This document shows, piece by piece, positions 52,671-62,844 of a stretch of 64,000 bases of DNA. The translations under genes and the position numbers were made by a program. Each line of letters starts with the position of its first letter. Positions within the stretch are counted from its first letter, which is position 1. Origin of the DNA: Basidiobolus meristosporus CBS 931.73 (lineage: Eukaryota; Fungi; Basidiobolomycota); assembly GCA_002104905.1 (NCBI GenBank), contig MCFE01000078.1, positions 117,023 to 181,022 of the forward strand, in the 5' to 3' direction. Under the pieces are notes generated by a model. The model was not told where the DNA came from and made no database searches. It saw nothing but the letters and a program-made list of their open reading frames with translations.

Positions 52671-53477
52671 TCAAGCTTGGTTGAACTTTTCAGTGAATTT
52701 GTTAACTGTGCAGTGATTGTAAGAATACCAACTGGCGTCATTACGGTTGCAGTACTGGGAAGTCTTGTTGTATCCGCCCACTGACATCCATGTACCAACA
52801 CCGTTGTCAGTGATTCCGTAGCCCCAGCATTGGGATTGGTCAACTTGTGTGAAGTCCATGTAGAAGCCAAAGTTGGGGTAGTTGAAGTCATCGTCCAGCA
52901 CGCGGTAGGTCATTTCACTGAAGATCCCGGCGGCCATTTGGTTAGTTGGATTCAATATCTTTTGGATCATCTGGTAATCCGATAGCAAGTTGTAGCGGCC
53001 AAAGTTGCGTCCTCGAATGCTGCTGACGAGCTGCCATTCACTTCCGTCCCTGACATAGGTGGTGAATACGGCATCATTGTGAATGAATTCAAGATCAAGT
53101 CGGAGGCGGTACTGAACCCCAGCGCGCCAATCGAATGGGATACCAGCATTGATCCAGCCAGAGCCGGTGGAATCTCCATTTTCACCCACTTTCACCAGCT
53201 CCACCGAAGTGTCACCCCCGTTGTTATTCATCCAGAACCTGAGTGATTTTTTGTCATTATAGTCGTTGGCAAGGTAGAAGCTGCCGATGTTGAAGTGAAA
53301 TGCGACCCACTGAGCTGACTGGACATCATAGCCTTGCGGGACCTCAAGGTTGGTCTCGACTCTGACAATGGGTGGAATATTACCCTCCGGGAAGTAGACG
53401 TAGTTCAGCAGATTCGATGCCTTTGCCAGCATCGGCAGGATGGTAATGGCACCGGCGAGGATAGTCTTGAACAGCAT
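52671..53477 (-). CDS. Secreted 268-aa DUF3472-like protein, copy 4
   Basis: Intact ORF with only a few substitutions relative to the other copies. Confidence 0.8.
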   Translation of the reverse strand: MLFKTILAGAITILPMLAKASNLLNYVYFPEGNIPPIVRVETNLEVPQGYDVQSAQWVAFHFNIGSFYLANDYNDKKSLRFWMNNNGGDTSVELVKVGENGDSTGSGWINAGIPFDWRAGVQYRLRLDLEFIHNDAVFTTYVRDGSEWQLVSSIRGRNFGRYNLLSDYQMIQKILNPTNQMAAGIFSEMTYRVLDDDFNYPNFGFYMDFTQVDQSQCWGYGITDNGVGTWMSVGGYNKTSQYCNRNDASWYSYNHCTVNKFTEKFNQA

Positions 53478-54997
53478 TTTGATGGTGCTTGATTATCCTC
53501 GTCGGCAAGTTTATATATACGAGTCCTAATGCGATGGCTTCCGTATACAACTTTGGATCTATTCATGCCCTTGTCTAGAAGATAATCCGTCAATGCCGTT
53601 ATCCGGCTACTTATCAAATCAAGCACCTGGCAGGGCATAAATCCTCACCTATCTGCCTGAATTAATCCGTGATCATTGTTCGGAAACTTCCCTCCATGTT
53701 ATTAGCTACCTTCCAAAGTCCAATTTGGGCACTTTATACGTATATTTCAGGTGTTTTCATTTTGTTGGACTGCCCCTTATTCTAGCTTATCTTTGCACCA
53801 CACAAGTAACGAGAACCATCGCCATCACTCGAGAAGAATTGAGCACTCCATATGGAGGAGTGGTCCAAGGACTTGGATGTTTTCCATTTATAATCATTAG
53901 TAAATATATCTGCGATAAATTAAGCAATTGATTCCAGATCCGTGATAGAGTAGGAAATTCTTATCTGATTCACTGAGCAATCATTTGCGAAAAAGCCCAG
54001 ACTTCTGCAGGAAAAATTCCATCTCGAGCTTACTAATCGGGAAAAGCTATTCCAAACAACGAAAATTAGAGTGAGCTATCACAGTTGAAACCAGTCGGAA
54101 TAGACTACCCTAATTCGATGTGATGCTGAATGAAACGTCCAAGTGTTTGACTTTCATTGCACATCAGATAGCTCGGATTGATTCATATAATGATATTCTA
54201 AACTGATATCATGGTAAACAATAAAAGGAACTATTAATGGATAATAATGAGTAGAGTTGACAAATTTTGTCGAAGTTATCCAATAGCGACAAGGCTTTGC
54301 ATGTACCTTCTATAGCTCATTTTTGTATATTTTTACCAAAATAACATTAAATGTTTGCACCTTGCACTTATCTTGAAAAGTTTAAGTACTCATAAATCAC
54401 GGTGCAACCACCAATATTCACATTATTCAGATGACAAACGCTATACTCTCAACCTCAATGTAGTACTCTGCAGTCGAATTGAAACATCAATTTATTAGCC
54501 GTTGAGTGAGACTGATCAGCATGAGAAACCTACTCTTCAGCAAACAGAACTAGACCCTTGTTACTCTGGGACATTTGCGAGCCCTAAGGCCGTTTGGAAC
54601 AGTTGACTCAATATCAACAATAGTATGGGCCTAGACCATAAAAGCCAAATTAGTCTGCTCCCATTAGCTTCGATTCAACGCATGGACCTGGCAGAAATAT
54701 GCGGATCACCCCGCCACTCATACAGCAACTGATTAGCCTGTTTAGCTCAATAATAATTGCAATGATTTTGTTTGATTTGATACCGCTCGCCATTAGCTTA
54801 ATTTTCCGGACAAATTGATGATAAACTTCCGTACTGGATGCCACCCATTGAAATCTGCTACACATTGTCCTGGATTACTATCCTGTAATATCCGGCTAAA
54901 ACCTATGTTAGTCTCAAAAACTCACATTGTAATATTATGTCAACCTGCAGCTAGCACAAGGTTGTATTGTCTGGAATCTGTTAGCCAAGTCACTTAG

Positions 54998-55347
54998 TGT
55001 TGTAAAAATTCGTAATTCCACCTAAATATTCACCTAACTTAGTCACTTAGATCATCACCCTTAAAATCCTAGAGAATACTGACCAAATTCCTTGTTGGGA
55101 TTTACTTAGAATATTTTCACCAAAATACCAGGTACCCAGAACATGAAAATTCTCAAAGTTGTCCAAACAGCCCCAAACTTTGCACACATGTTCTTGGGAC
55201 CTTCCTTAACCTATTCTATGTGTTTGTAATGCCAAGACCAGGTAAAAGTATAAATACCACTATTACATTCAATAAATCATTAAGTAAAAATAACATAATC
55301 TACTTGTTCTCCCAATCACTTCCAATATCTCCAAGACTCTTACAACA
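54998..55347 (+). repeat. 5' LTR of the Copia element (350 bp)
   Basis: Starts TGTTGTAA and ends TTACAACA (perfect 8-bp terminal inverted repeat), followed immediately by the PBS. Confidence 0.9.
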
Positions 55348-55359
55348 GGTTATGAGCCC
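55348..55359 (+). promoter_or_regulatory. Primer-binding site GGTTATGAGCCC (copia-type, internal/half tRNAi-Met priming)
   Basis: Directly after the LTR; resembles the Drosophila copia PBS GGTTATGGGCCC. Confidence 0.75.
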
Positions 55360-58103
55360 CAAGCTGTCACTCTCTGCAATGTCTACTACTGCTATTACTG
55401 GAATTTTCCCCTCTGCTGAAAAGTTGGATGGATCTAACTACCAAGTGTGGAAGGTGAAGATGAAGATGCTGCTACAAGAAGGAGGCCTTTGGGATATTGT
55501 CATGGGAGAAGAATGCCCTCCTAAAAACGTGGGAGAGGAAGCCTTAAAGTACCAGAAGAAAGAACAAAGTGCCTTTAACTGCATTTGCCTTAATGTCAAG
55601 GACAAATTGCTAATTCAATGCTCAAGAGCAAAAACGGCAAAGAATGCCTGGAAAGCATTAGAAGACACCTACCAGTCATGTTCAGCTGCTAAGAAAATGT
55701 ATTTGAGATAAAAATTCTTTACTAAAAAGATGCTGCCAGGAGAAGAAATGAAAAATCTAATTAACAGAATTACCCTGCTGGTAGATGGGATGGAATCTGT
55801 GGGCGTACCAACTACTGATGAGGATGTGATAGTTACCATCCTGAATAGCCTGACAGACAAGTTTCAGGGCCTTGTATTAGCCCTAGAGTCCAGAACTGAA
55901 GATTTGACCTTAAATTACATATTTGGAAGGCTCCTGGATGAAGAATTAAGAAAATCAAGCACCAATAGGAAGGAAGAAGAAAATGCTTTAATAAGCAATG
56001 ATAACCAACAAAGGAGGTACCCACAACCCTACAAAGGCAACAGCAACCTATTTTGCAACTACTGCAAAAGGAAAGGACACACATCAGACTGGTGTCTCAA
56101 AAAGAAAGATAATCAGCAAAAGAAGCTTGAATATGGAAATGATGCAACAACTGAAAATAGACTATTCATATCTGCACTAAATATGACCACAAACAAGGAT
56201 TCTCAGACATGGTATATTGACTCTGGAGCATCTCAACACTTTATACACCAAAAAGAACTTTTTACCCCATATCAAGAAATTCCAATTAAGAAGGTTTTCA
56301 TGGGTGATGATAGAACACTTGATGCGGTGGGAGAAGGAACTATCCAAGTAAACCTTAGAAGAGTGAAGGAAGCCATACACTGACCTTTAAAGAAGTACTC
56401 AATGTACCAGAAATAGCCAAGAACCTACTCTCTGTAAGCAAGGCCACAGCAGAAGGACTCAGTTTCAGTATTGACAATTCTGGATGCAGGATTACTGATC
56501 AAAATGGTGCCCATATTGCTTTGGGCATCAGAGATCAGAATCTATACCAGTTGACTTATATTCCATCATATTTGGAAGCCAATATAAGTAACTTAAATGA
56601 AGAAACACCAATGCTTTGGCACAGGAGATTTGGACACATCAATTTTGATTATTTGCGCAAAATGATCAAAGATCAGCTAATTTCTGGAGTGAAAATTGAT
56701 CCCCCAGCTAATTTGGAGCACTGTGAAGCCTGCATATATGGGAAACAAGCCAGGCAACCATTCAAGAGCTCTGGGTTAATCAAAACTAAGAAAAAATTAG
56801 ATCTAATTCACTCAGATCTGAGTGGATCTATGCAAAATTTATCCTTAGGCAGGATGAAGTATTTAATCACTTTTATTGATGATTATACAAGATACACATG
56901 GGTCTACTTCATGGAGAGAAAGGAAGAAGCTCTGTCTAAGCTCAGGGAGTTTAAAGTCATGGTGGAGAGAGAAACTGGTGAAAAAATCAAGAAAATACGC
57001 TCTGACAATGGTGGTGAATATACCTCAAAACTCTTCATCCACTTCTGCAAAATTCATGGGATAAAGCAAGAGACTACTGTACCATACTCCCCACAGCAAA
57101 ATGGAGTAGCAGAACGAGCTAACAGATCAATAATTGATATGGCAAGATCTATGATCCATGATCAAAAATTATCCTATGATTTTTGGGCAGAATCAGTTGC
57201 CACTGCTGTATATCTTAAAAATAAGAGTTATAACAGAATACTTCGTGATTCTACTCCATTTGAAGCATGGTTTGGATACAGACCAAGTGCAGAACATCTA
57301 AGAATATTTGGGTGTACAGCATATGTCAAAAAACTGGCCGGAAATCAGTCAAAATTTGAGCCAAAAAGTGTAAAATGCATATTTTTGGGCTACTGCAATG
57401 AGAGTAAGGCATACAGACTCTACAATACCAAAGCAAAGAAGCTGAGCAAGTCCAGGGATGTGTTGTTTGATGAAAATTCAAAATTTTCACCAAAAATGAC
57501 ACCAGATGATGTCAAAAATTTGATCTCAAGTCCACCAATTGTCAGGATTGAATCAGAGCAAAACAATGAAACTTTTTCACTCCAGAGGACTCTACAACCG
57601 TGGTTCAGCCAGAATCAGTGCCCAGGAATATCCCAGAAGTGATCATTCCAGTATCAAATGCCTGGAGATCCAATTGGGCAAGAAATATCCCAAATTACTA
57701 TATCAATGAGGGTACAAACTTAGTCTATGCCTATTCAGTCCATATTGATGAGCCCCAGACTGTAAAAGAGGCCCTAAATAGCCCTCAGACAAAGTTTTGG
57801 AGATCTGCAATGACTGAGGAATATCAGGCCCTAATGGAAAATCAAACTTGGGACTTAGTCAAATTACCGATCAGCCAAAAATCAATTGGATGCAGATGGG
57901 TCTTCAAGACAAAATACAAGGCTGATGGTACAATTGAAAGATACAAAGCAAGACTTGTAGCCAAAGGATACTCTCAAACAAAAGGACTTGACTATACTGA
58001 GACCTTTGCACTGGTAGCAAAGTTTAATTCCATCAGATTAATATTGGCTATTGCAGCCAAATATAGGTTTTTTACTCATCAAATGGATGTAAAAGGGTTA
58101 GGG

Positions 58104-58176
58104 GGAGGAAAGTCACCAAGTGGTGAAATCTTTATTTACTTATGACAAGTATCTAAAGAAGCCAAGTTAATCTGAA
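58104..58176 (-). mobile_element. 5'-truncated 3' end of SINE-like element B, flanked by TTAGGG on both sides
   Basis: Identical to 62174-62245; preceded by GGGTTAGGG (58095-58103) and followed by TTAGGGTTAGGG (58182-58193). Confidence 0.85.
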
Positions 58177-58251
58177 CACATTTAGGGTTAGGGGGGGAGA
58201 CAGTCACCAACAGGTGAAATCTTTATTTCAGTTGAAACAAAGAAGCCAGCG

Positions 58252-61020
58252 CTACTGTTGTAGCTTTGATACAAGAGTGTGTAGCTGAGGGGAATTTGTA
58301 GGTAAGTTAATAAGAAGTGATGATAGTTCTTCAGTGCTAAACACACTGTTTAGTGGGAAGGGGGGTAGCAAGAGAGGTAAGAATGACTTGTGAACAACAT
58401 TAATGAGGGGAATGTGATAAGGATTGATATTCATCATAAATGGAGTGTGCTGCTGCAGATATTGCTGCCAAAGGTCTGTCAAGTACTTCAGGTAGGCCAG
58501 CTTGGGTTTTTCTGACTGCAGAATAAAGTGAGCAAACTTCTTGACTTCAGGATCTCCAAGTATAGTTCTCCAGCAGGAACCAGGTGTTGTGTGGTGTGTT
58601 CTCTTCCAGGCCTTAATCAGTGGGTTGTTGCAGTTGTGAAGTCTGAGGTATAATCTGGTTCTAAGGTAGAGAAGTCTGATCTTATAGGGCATAAACCCAA
58701 AAGCACCAAGAATAGCATGTCTGTAGGGGCATTCAGGCAAATGAGGCACCAAGGAGGTAATGCACCATACTGCAAACTTGTCAAGCTTAGTGCAGTCTCT
58801 AGAAGTAAGAGAGAGAAGTGGTAAGCCAAATTCCAGGACAGGGAAGACAAACTGCTTGAGTAGAAGGAGGCAGCTGGGAGCTGAAGTTGTAGGAGGAGTA
58901 ACAGCCAACAGCTTGTGGAGTGCCTGTCTTGCCAGGATAATTCTCTTCTTCAGGTGTGCTCCAGAGTCTAGTCCAGTAGGAAGGAAAGGAAAGCCAAGAT
59001 ATGTAGCAGAAACCTGAGCAGGTAGAGTGGAGTTCTCCAGGTTGATGGGAGAGCCCAAAGGTACTGTCTTTGCAATGGAAAGCTGGAGATTATTCTTCTG
59101 CAGATACTGGTGGATGGTCTGGGAGTCTTGTTGCACATTGGAGGAGGATGTTCTGATGTCATCAGCAAAGAGAGTAACCAGGCAGTCAGCTGAGAGTCTT
59201 GGGAAGTCATTCAGGAAGATGGCAAACAGTATAGGACCAAGCACAGAGCCTTGAACCACTCCATTAGGAACTGAGAACACAGCTGATTGCTCACTTGGGT
59301 GCAGAATTCTTGCTTGTGGATCCAGAAACAGAGACCTGACAAGGAGGGTGAGAGAGGTACTGGAGAAGCATTGCAACTTGGACCAAAGCAGATTTCTGTC
59401 AACTGAATCAAAGGCCTTAGTAATATCAAACAGAACAGAGGGATACTTGCACTGGAGAGAGTGATCTTGGCTAAGTATGACTGCATATTCCAAGGAGAGG
59501 CCAGGAACAAAGCCAAACTGTGCAGGATGGAACTTGAGGGAGTCAGAGTAGAGCTGCTGAGCAAGCAGAAGCTCAAACACCTTTCTGCAGGTGGGCAGCA
59601 GAGATATTGGCCTGTAGGAGCTAGGATCCAGATGCTTTCCTTTACCCTTGTACAGTGGCAGAACATTTGCAAAGGACCATTCCTCAGGAGTAGAAAGCTG
59701 GGCTGAGCATTGCTGAAACAGTGGAAGCAGAAGTGCAGACATGGCCTTGGTACTAGTCTTCAGAAGCTCATAGGAGATTGTGTCCACACCTGGAGCAGTA
59801 GAGTTGGGAAGCCTCTTGAGCACATTATGGATTCTCCTTTGATCAAGTGCAAGTGGGATGGGCAGAGTCTTGAAGTCAGGATGAAAGCCAGGAGTTGAGT
59901 ACTGCTTTGTAGAGAAGAAGATGTTAGCCAGCTGTTCTGTTGAAGGTAACTTCCAGGAAGAGGGCCTCATTGCCCTGTAGAGTCTTGATACTGTTCTTGT
60001 GATAGAGTTGGAAGATTGCAGAGGCAAAGAACTCATAATATGATCCCAGAGCTGAGTATGCAGAGTGTGGTGAATTGCCTTGGAGTGGTGTATTGCTGTC
60101 AGGAGGAGTTTCTCTGTTTTTGGGTTAGGGAAACTCAGGTAGCTTTGTTGCAGGGCTGAAACAATGGATTCCCATTTTCTTGAGGTAACAGCAGTAGTCT
60201 TGCATGGCAGTGAGAGGGAGGCAGACACCAGAATCAGATGCTTCACAAAGAGCCAGGCATAGTTGAGATCATCTGGCAGAGAAAGTAGCAAACTGGCAAG
60301 CTTCAAGTAGTTCCCAAAGTCTTTCTTCTGATTCTTGGTAGCTTTGTGGGTGAGCACAGTAAGTTTTGGCAGCTTCTTCTTCACAACTGGTTGCATAGAA
60401 AGGGACCAGGCTGGGTGGTCAGAGGCTCTCAAGGATCCTAGCTCAGCTCCAGAGAATTGCTTGACTTCATTCACAAAGTAGAGGGCAGCAGCAGAAGGGC
60501 AGATCCAGTCAACACATCTTTTCTCAGATTGAGCACCCAGTGCTAGCAGATGGCTTTCTCTCAGGAAGTTCAGTAGGAATGTGGACCTTGGCTTCATTCT
60601 TGCAGTCAGAGTAGTCTTGTTCTAAGGATGGGGAATGTTGAGATCTCCAAGCAAGATAACAGGTGTTGATATAGATTGCTGGTATTGCTGAACTTTCTGG
60701 CATATAACTTGCACTTCCTGAAGGGCAAGACTTGGAGGCAGATAGCAGAGCACCAGACTGATAGTTGGCAACTGGAGAGCAGCACAGTAAGGGGAGTAAA
60801 GAGGAACACAGAGCTGAGGAGTATTGATGGTAGAAGAGATGAAGCAGATGGAGGAGGTATTCTTTGTTCTAGGAGTAGAAAAGTAATATAGATTAGTCAA
60901 AAGTATAGAGGGTAGCTGGACATCAATCAAACACAGGAGGGAAAATCTTGAAAGAAGTCTCTCTAGAGTTGGTCTTGATGGCTGTATGCTGTTGCAGTTA
61001 AGCAACAGAACTTCAGGTAG
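58252..61020 (-). CDS. LINE ORF2 (APE-RT), interrupted by one in-frame TAG at 60622-60624
   Basis: ORFs 60622..61005 and 58252..60597 are in the same frame, 8 codons apart; the TAG sits where APE usually has Trp (GDLNIPHP-W). Confidence 0.8.
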
Positions 61021-62149
61021 TCAGGCAGAGGTTGTAGCTTCTTCAGAGGCAGCATTGACAATGTGACCTGCAGAGTCCCAGAGCTCTTCAAATGGTGCAT
61101 CACTTAAGTCAGCAAGGAGGGAAATGGCATGATTCTTGAGGAAGTATGCCACATCATAGGAGGGGGCTTGTCTCTTGATGGCAGCAAAGAAAGACAGAAT
61201 GGCAACATGGGCTGGAGGCTTGTTGAACAGTAGAGAGTCAGAGGATTCAGATTCTTCAGGCACTATCTTGAAGTCAGTTTTCAGCCAGTTAAGGTTCTTC
61301 TCCACAAAGGCAACAAATGGGTCAGCAATGTTTTGGTCTAGGATAACCTCCAGAATCTTCCCTTTTCTCCAGGCCAGGTTGACAATTCTTGAGAGCTGAA
61401 TATTGCATGCCTTGAGTGCTTTCCTGATGTTTGAGAATGGGAGTCCAGGGAACTTGCTTCAAGTACACCACAGTCCAGGTAGAAGCTGGTGGTAGGTTTG
61501 CTGGGGGCTTGTAAGTCCTTCTGTGTTGCAATGGAGCTGAAGTAGTCAGATTGGAGTCCACATTCTCAGTAGAGGGTTTTCTTGATGTGTCTTGCTGAAT
61601 GGTACTGGAGCTGGATGTGTTGATAATTCTTGCTAGAACCTTGCCTGCATAAGTCTGAGGTATAGCTGAGGTGACTGTAGAGGTGGTGGCAGCTGGTGCA
61701 GGTGGAGAGGCAGAAACTGAAGCAGGAACTGAGGTCACCTGGGAGAAGGCAGTAGAAGCAGGTTTTCTGGGAGGAACAGAGTTCACTATCCAGTTGTTCT
61801 GTAAAACACTGGAGTAGCTTTTCTGTGGAACAGGATCTTGCTCTTGAACAGGAACAGAAGCAGGAGGCTGGGGCTGAGCAGTGGTGGTAAGGCAGTGGCA
61901 CTCCAAGGAAGCTTTTTGCAAGGCATCTCTGGCAGTGTTCAGGGCAGTATTGGCTTCATTCTTGAGCTTCTTGCATTGGGCATCCAGTCTCTTGTTTTCA
62001 ATAGCCAGGGCAGTATTGGCAGCCTCTAAATCAGCAATTCTCTTCTCAACTGCAAGGAATCTCTGAAGAAATGCATCAGTAGAAGTGCTGGCATCTGGGA
62101 GAGCAGTGGCAGGAATAGAGTCCATTGACAGTGGGCTTCCTGGAGGCAA
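61021..62149 (-). CDS. LINE ORF1 with a single-base frameshift near 61445
   Basis: Coiled coil and S/T/P-rich linker. Shifting frame at gttccctggactc gives VYLKQVP-GLPFSNIRKALKACNIQLSRIVNLAW, which continues into ORF 61021..61305. Start codon uncertain. Confidence 0.7.
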
Positions 62150-62173
62150 GGAAAGGGGACAGGCAGATTAGGG

Positions 62174-62676
62174 GAGGAAAGTCACCAAGTGGTGAAATCT
62201 TTATTTACTTATGACAAGTATCTAAAGAAGCCAAGTTAATCTGAAGTAATTCCTAGAAAGCTAGGTCTGAGAGATATCTTCCTGGTAAGCCAGGTCTGAG
62301 AGTTGAGAAGCTGAGTGGTACTATATTTCCTAGTTAGCTAGGTCTGAGAGAGGTTTCCTGGAAAGCCAGGCCTGAGAAGTGAGAATCTGAATATATCTGA
62401 GCTAAGTTATACTGGTTTGCGGTAGCTGGTTGTGGCCGGAAAGGCCAGTAGACTGGGGAACTGAGATGAATTTCTGGGCAATCACTGGCCAAATTTACTA
62501 GCAAATCTGCCATTAGCATTTCAAGGATTTCAGCAATCAGAGCCTTTACTTTGCCAATGGTTGATCAAGCATCTCCAATGAGCACACATCAATTTATTAA
62601 TCAAATTTTGCTGGATCCAGGATTTGAACCACAACCATGGTATGAAGGTTAGGGATAACACAAGGCTAAGTGTTCT
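62174..62676 (-). mobile_element. Candidate non-autonomous SINE-like element B (~500 bp)
   Basis: B-box GGTTCAAATCC (62620-62630), A-box-like TAGCCTTGTG (62659-62668), hairpin repeats, and a 3' tail shared with LINE A ending in telomere repeat. Confidence 0.55.
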
Positions 62677-62690
62677 TGGTTAGGTTAGGG

Positions 62691-62829
62691 GAGACAGTCA
62701 CCAACAGGTGAAATCTTTATTTCAGTTGAAACAAAGAAGCAGCGCTACTGTTGTAGCTTTGATACAAGAGTGTGTAACTGAGGAATTTGTAGGTAAGTTA
62801 ATAAGGAGAGATGCTAGTTCTTCTGTACC
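62691..62829 (-). mobile_element. 5'-truncated 3' end of a LINE A variant, capped by TTAGGG TTTAGGG
   Basis: Aligns to 58197-58335 with several substitutions and indels; telomere-like repeats at 62679-62690 and 62830-62844. Confidence 0.88.
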
Positions 62830-62844
62830 TTAGGGTTTAGGGTT

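Larger units (their letters stand above)
27800..54997. repeat. Four tandem ~6.7-7.4 kb segmental repeat units (approx. 27.8-35.2, 35.2-42.7, 42.7-49.15, 49.15-55.0 kb); unit 4 cut by the Copia LTR
   Basis: Repeated ORF sets and intergenic blocks. Starts of the 268-aa gene at 32301, 39665, 46460, 53477 (spacings 7364, 6795, 7017 bp). Confidence 0.97.
54998..58094 (+). mobile_element. Ty1/Copia LTR retrotransposon, 3'-truncated inside RT, with nonsense/frameshift lesions
   Basis: gag with CNYCKRKGHTSDWC knuckle, protease WYIDSGASQH, LWHRRFGHIN, integrase (IHSDLSG, RSDNGGEY, QQNGVAER), RT start (GCRWVFKTK, YKARLVAKGYSQ) ending at HQMDVK. In-frame TAA at 55709. Confidence 0.95.
58194..62166 (-). 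mobile_element. Non-LTR retrotransposon (LINE; ORF1 + APE endonuclease-RT), telomere-associated element A
   Basis: RT motifs SYRPISLL, QFGF, FDITKAFDSV, GVVQGSVLGPILF, LFADDI; APE motifs LLNCNS, ILLGDLN, VDWI, SDH; coiled-coil ORF1; 3' UTR with AATAAA runs into CCCTAACCCTAA. Confidence 0.92.

Noticed and set aside
27800-54997. Repeat-induced point mutation (RIP) acting on the duplications
   Set aside because: Multi-kb near-identical repeats keep intact ORFs and abundant CpA/CpG; depletion is confined to TEs.
58194-62166. Penelope-like (Athena/Coprina) or MoTeR identity for the telomeric element
   Set aside because: RT motifs are LINE-type and an N-terminal APE domain is present; I saw no GIY-YIG or restriction-like endonuclease motif.
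62240-62460. Hammerhead ribozyme in the hairpin array (stems followed by GAAA on the minus strand)
   Set aside because: The core CUGAnGA is missing on both strands (CUCAGA / CUGAGAG instead) and I could not form stems I and III.
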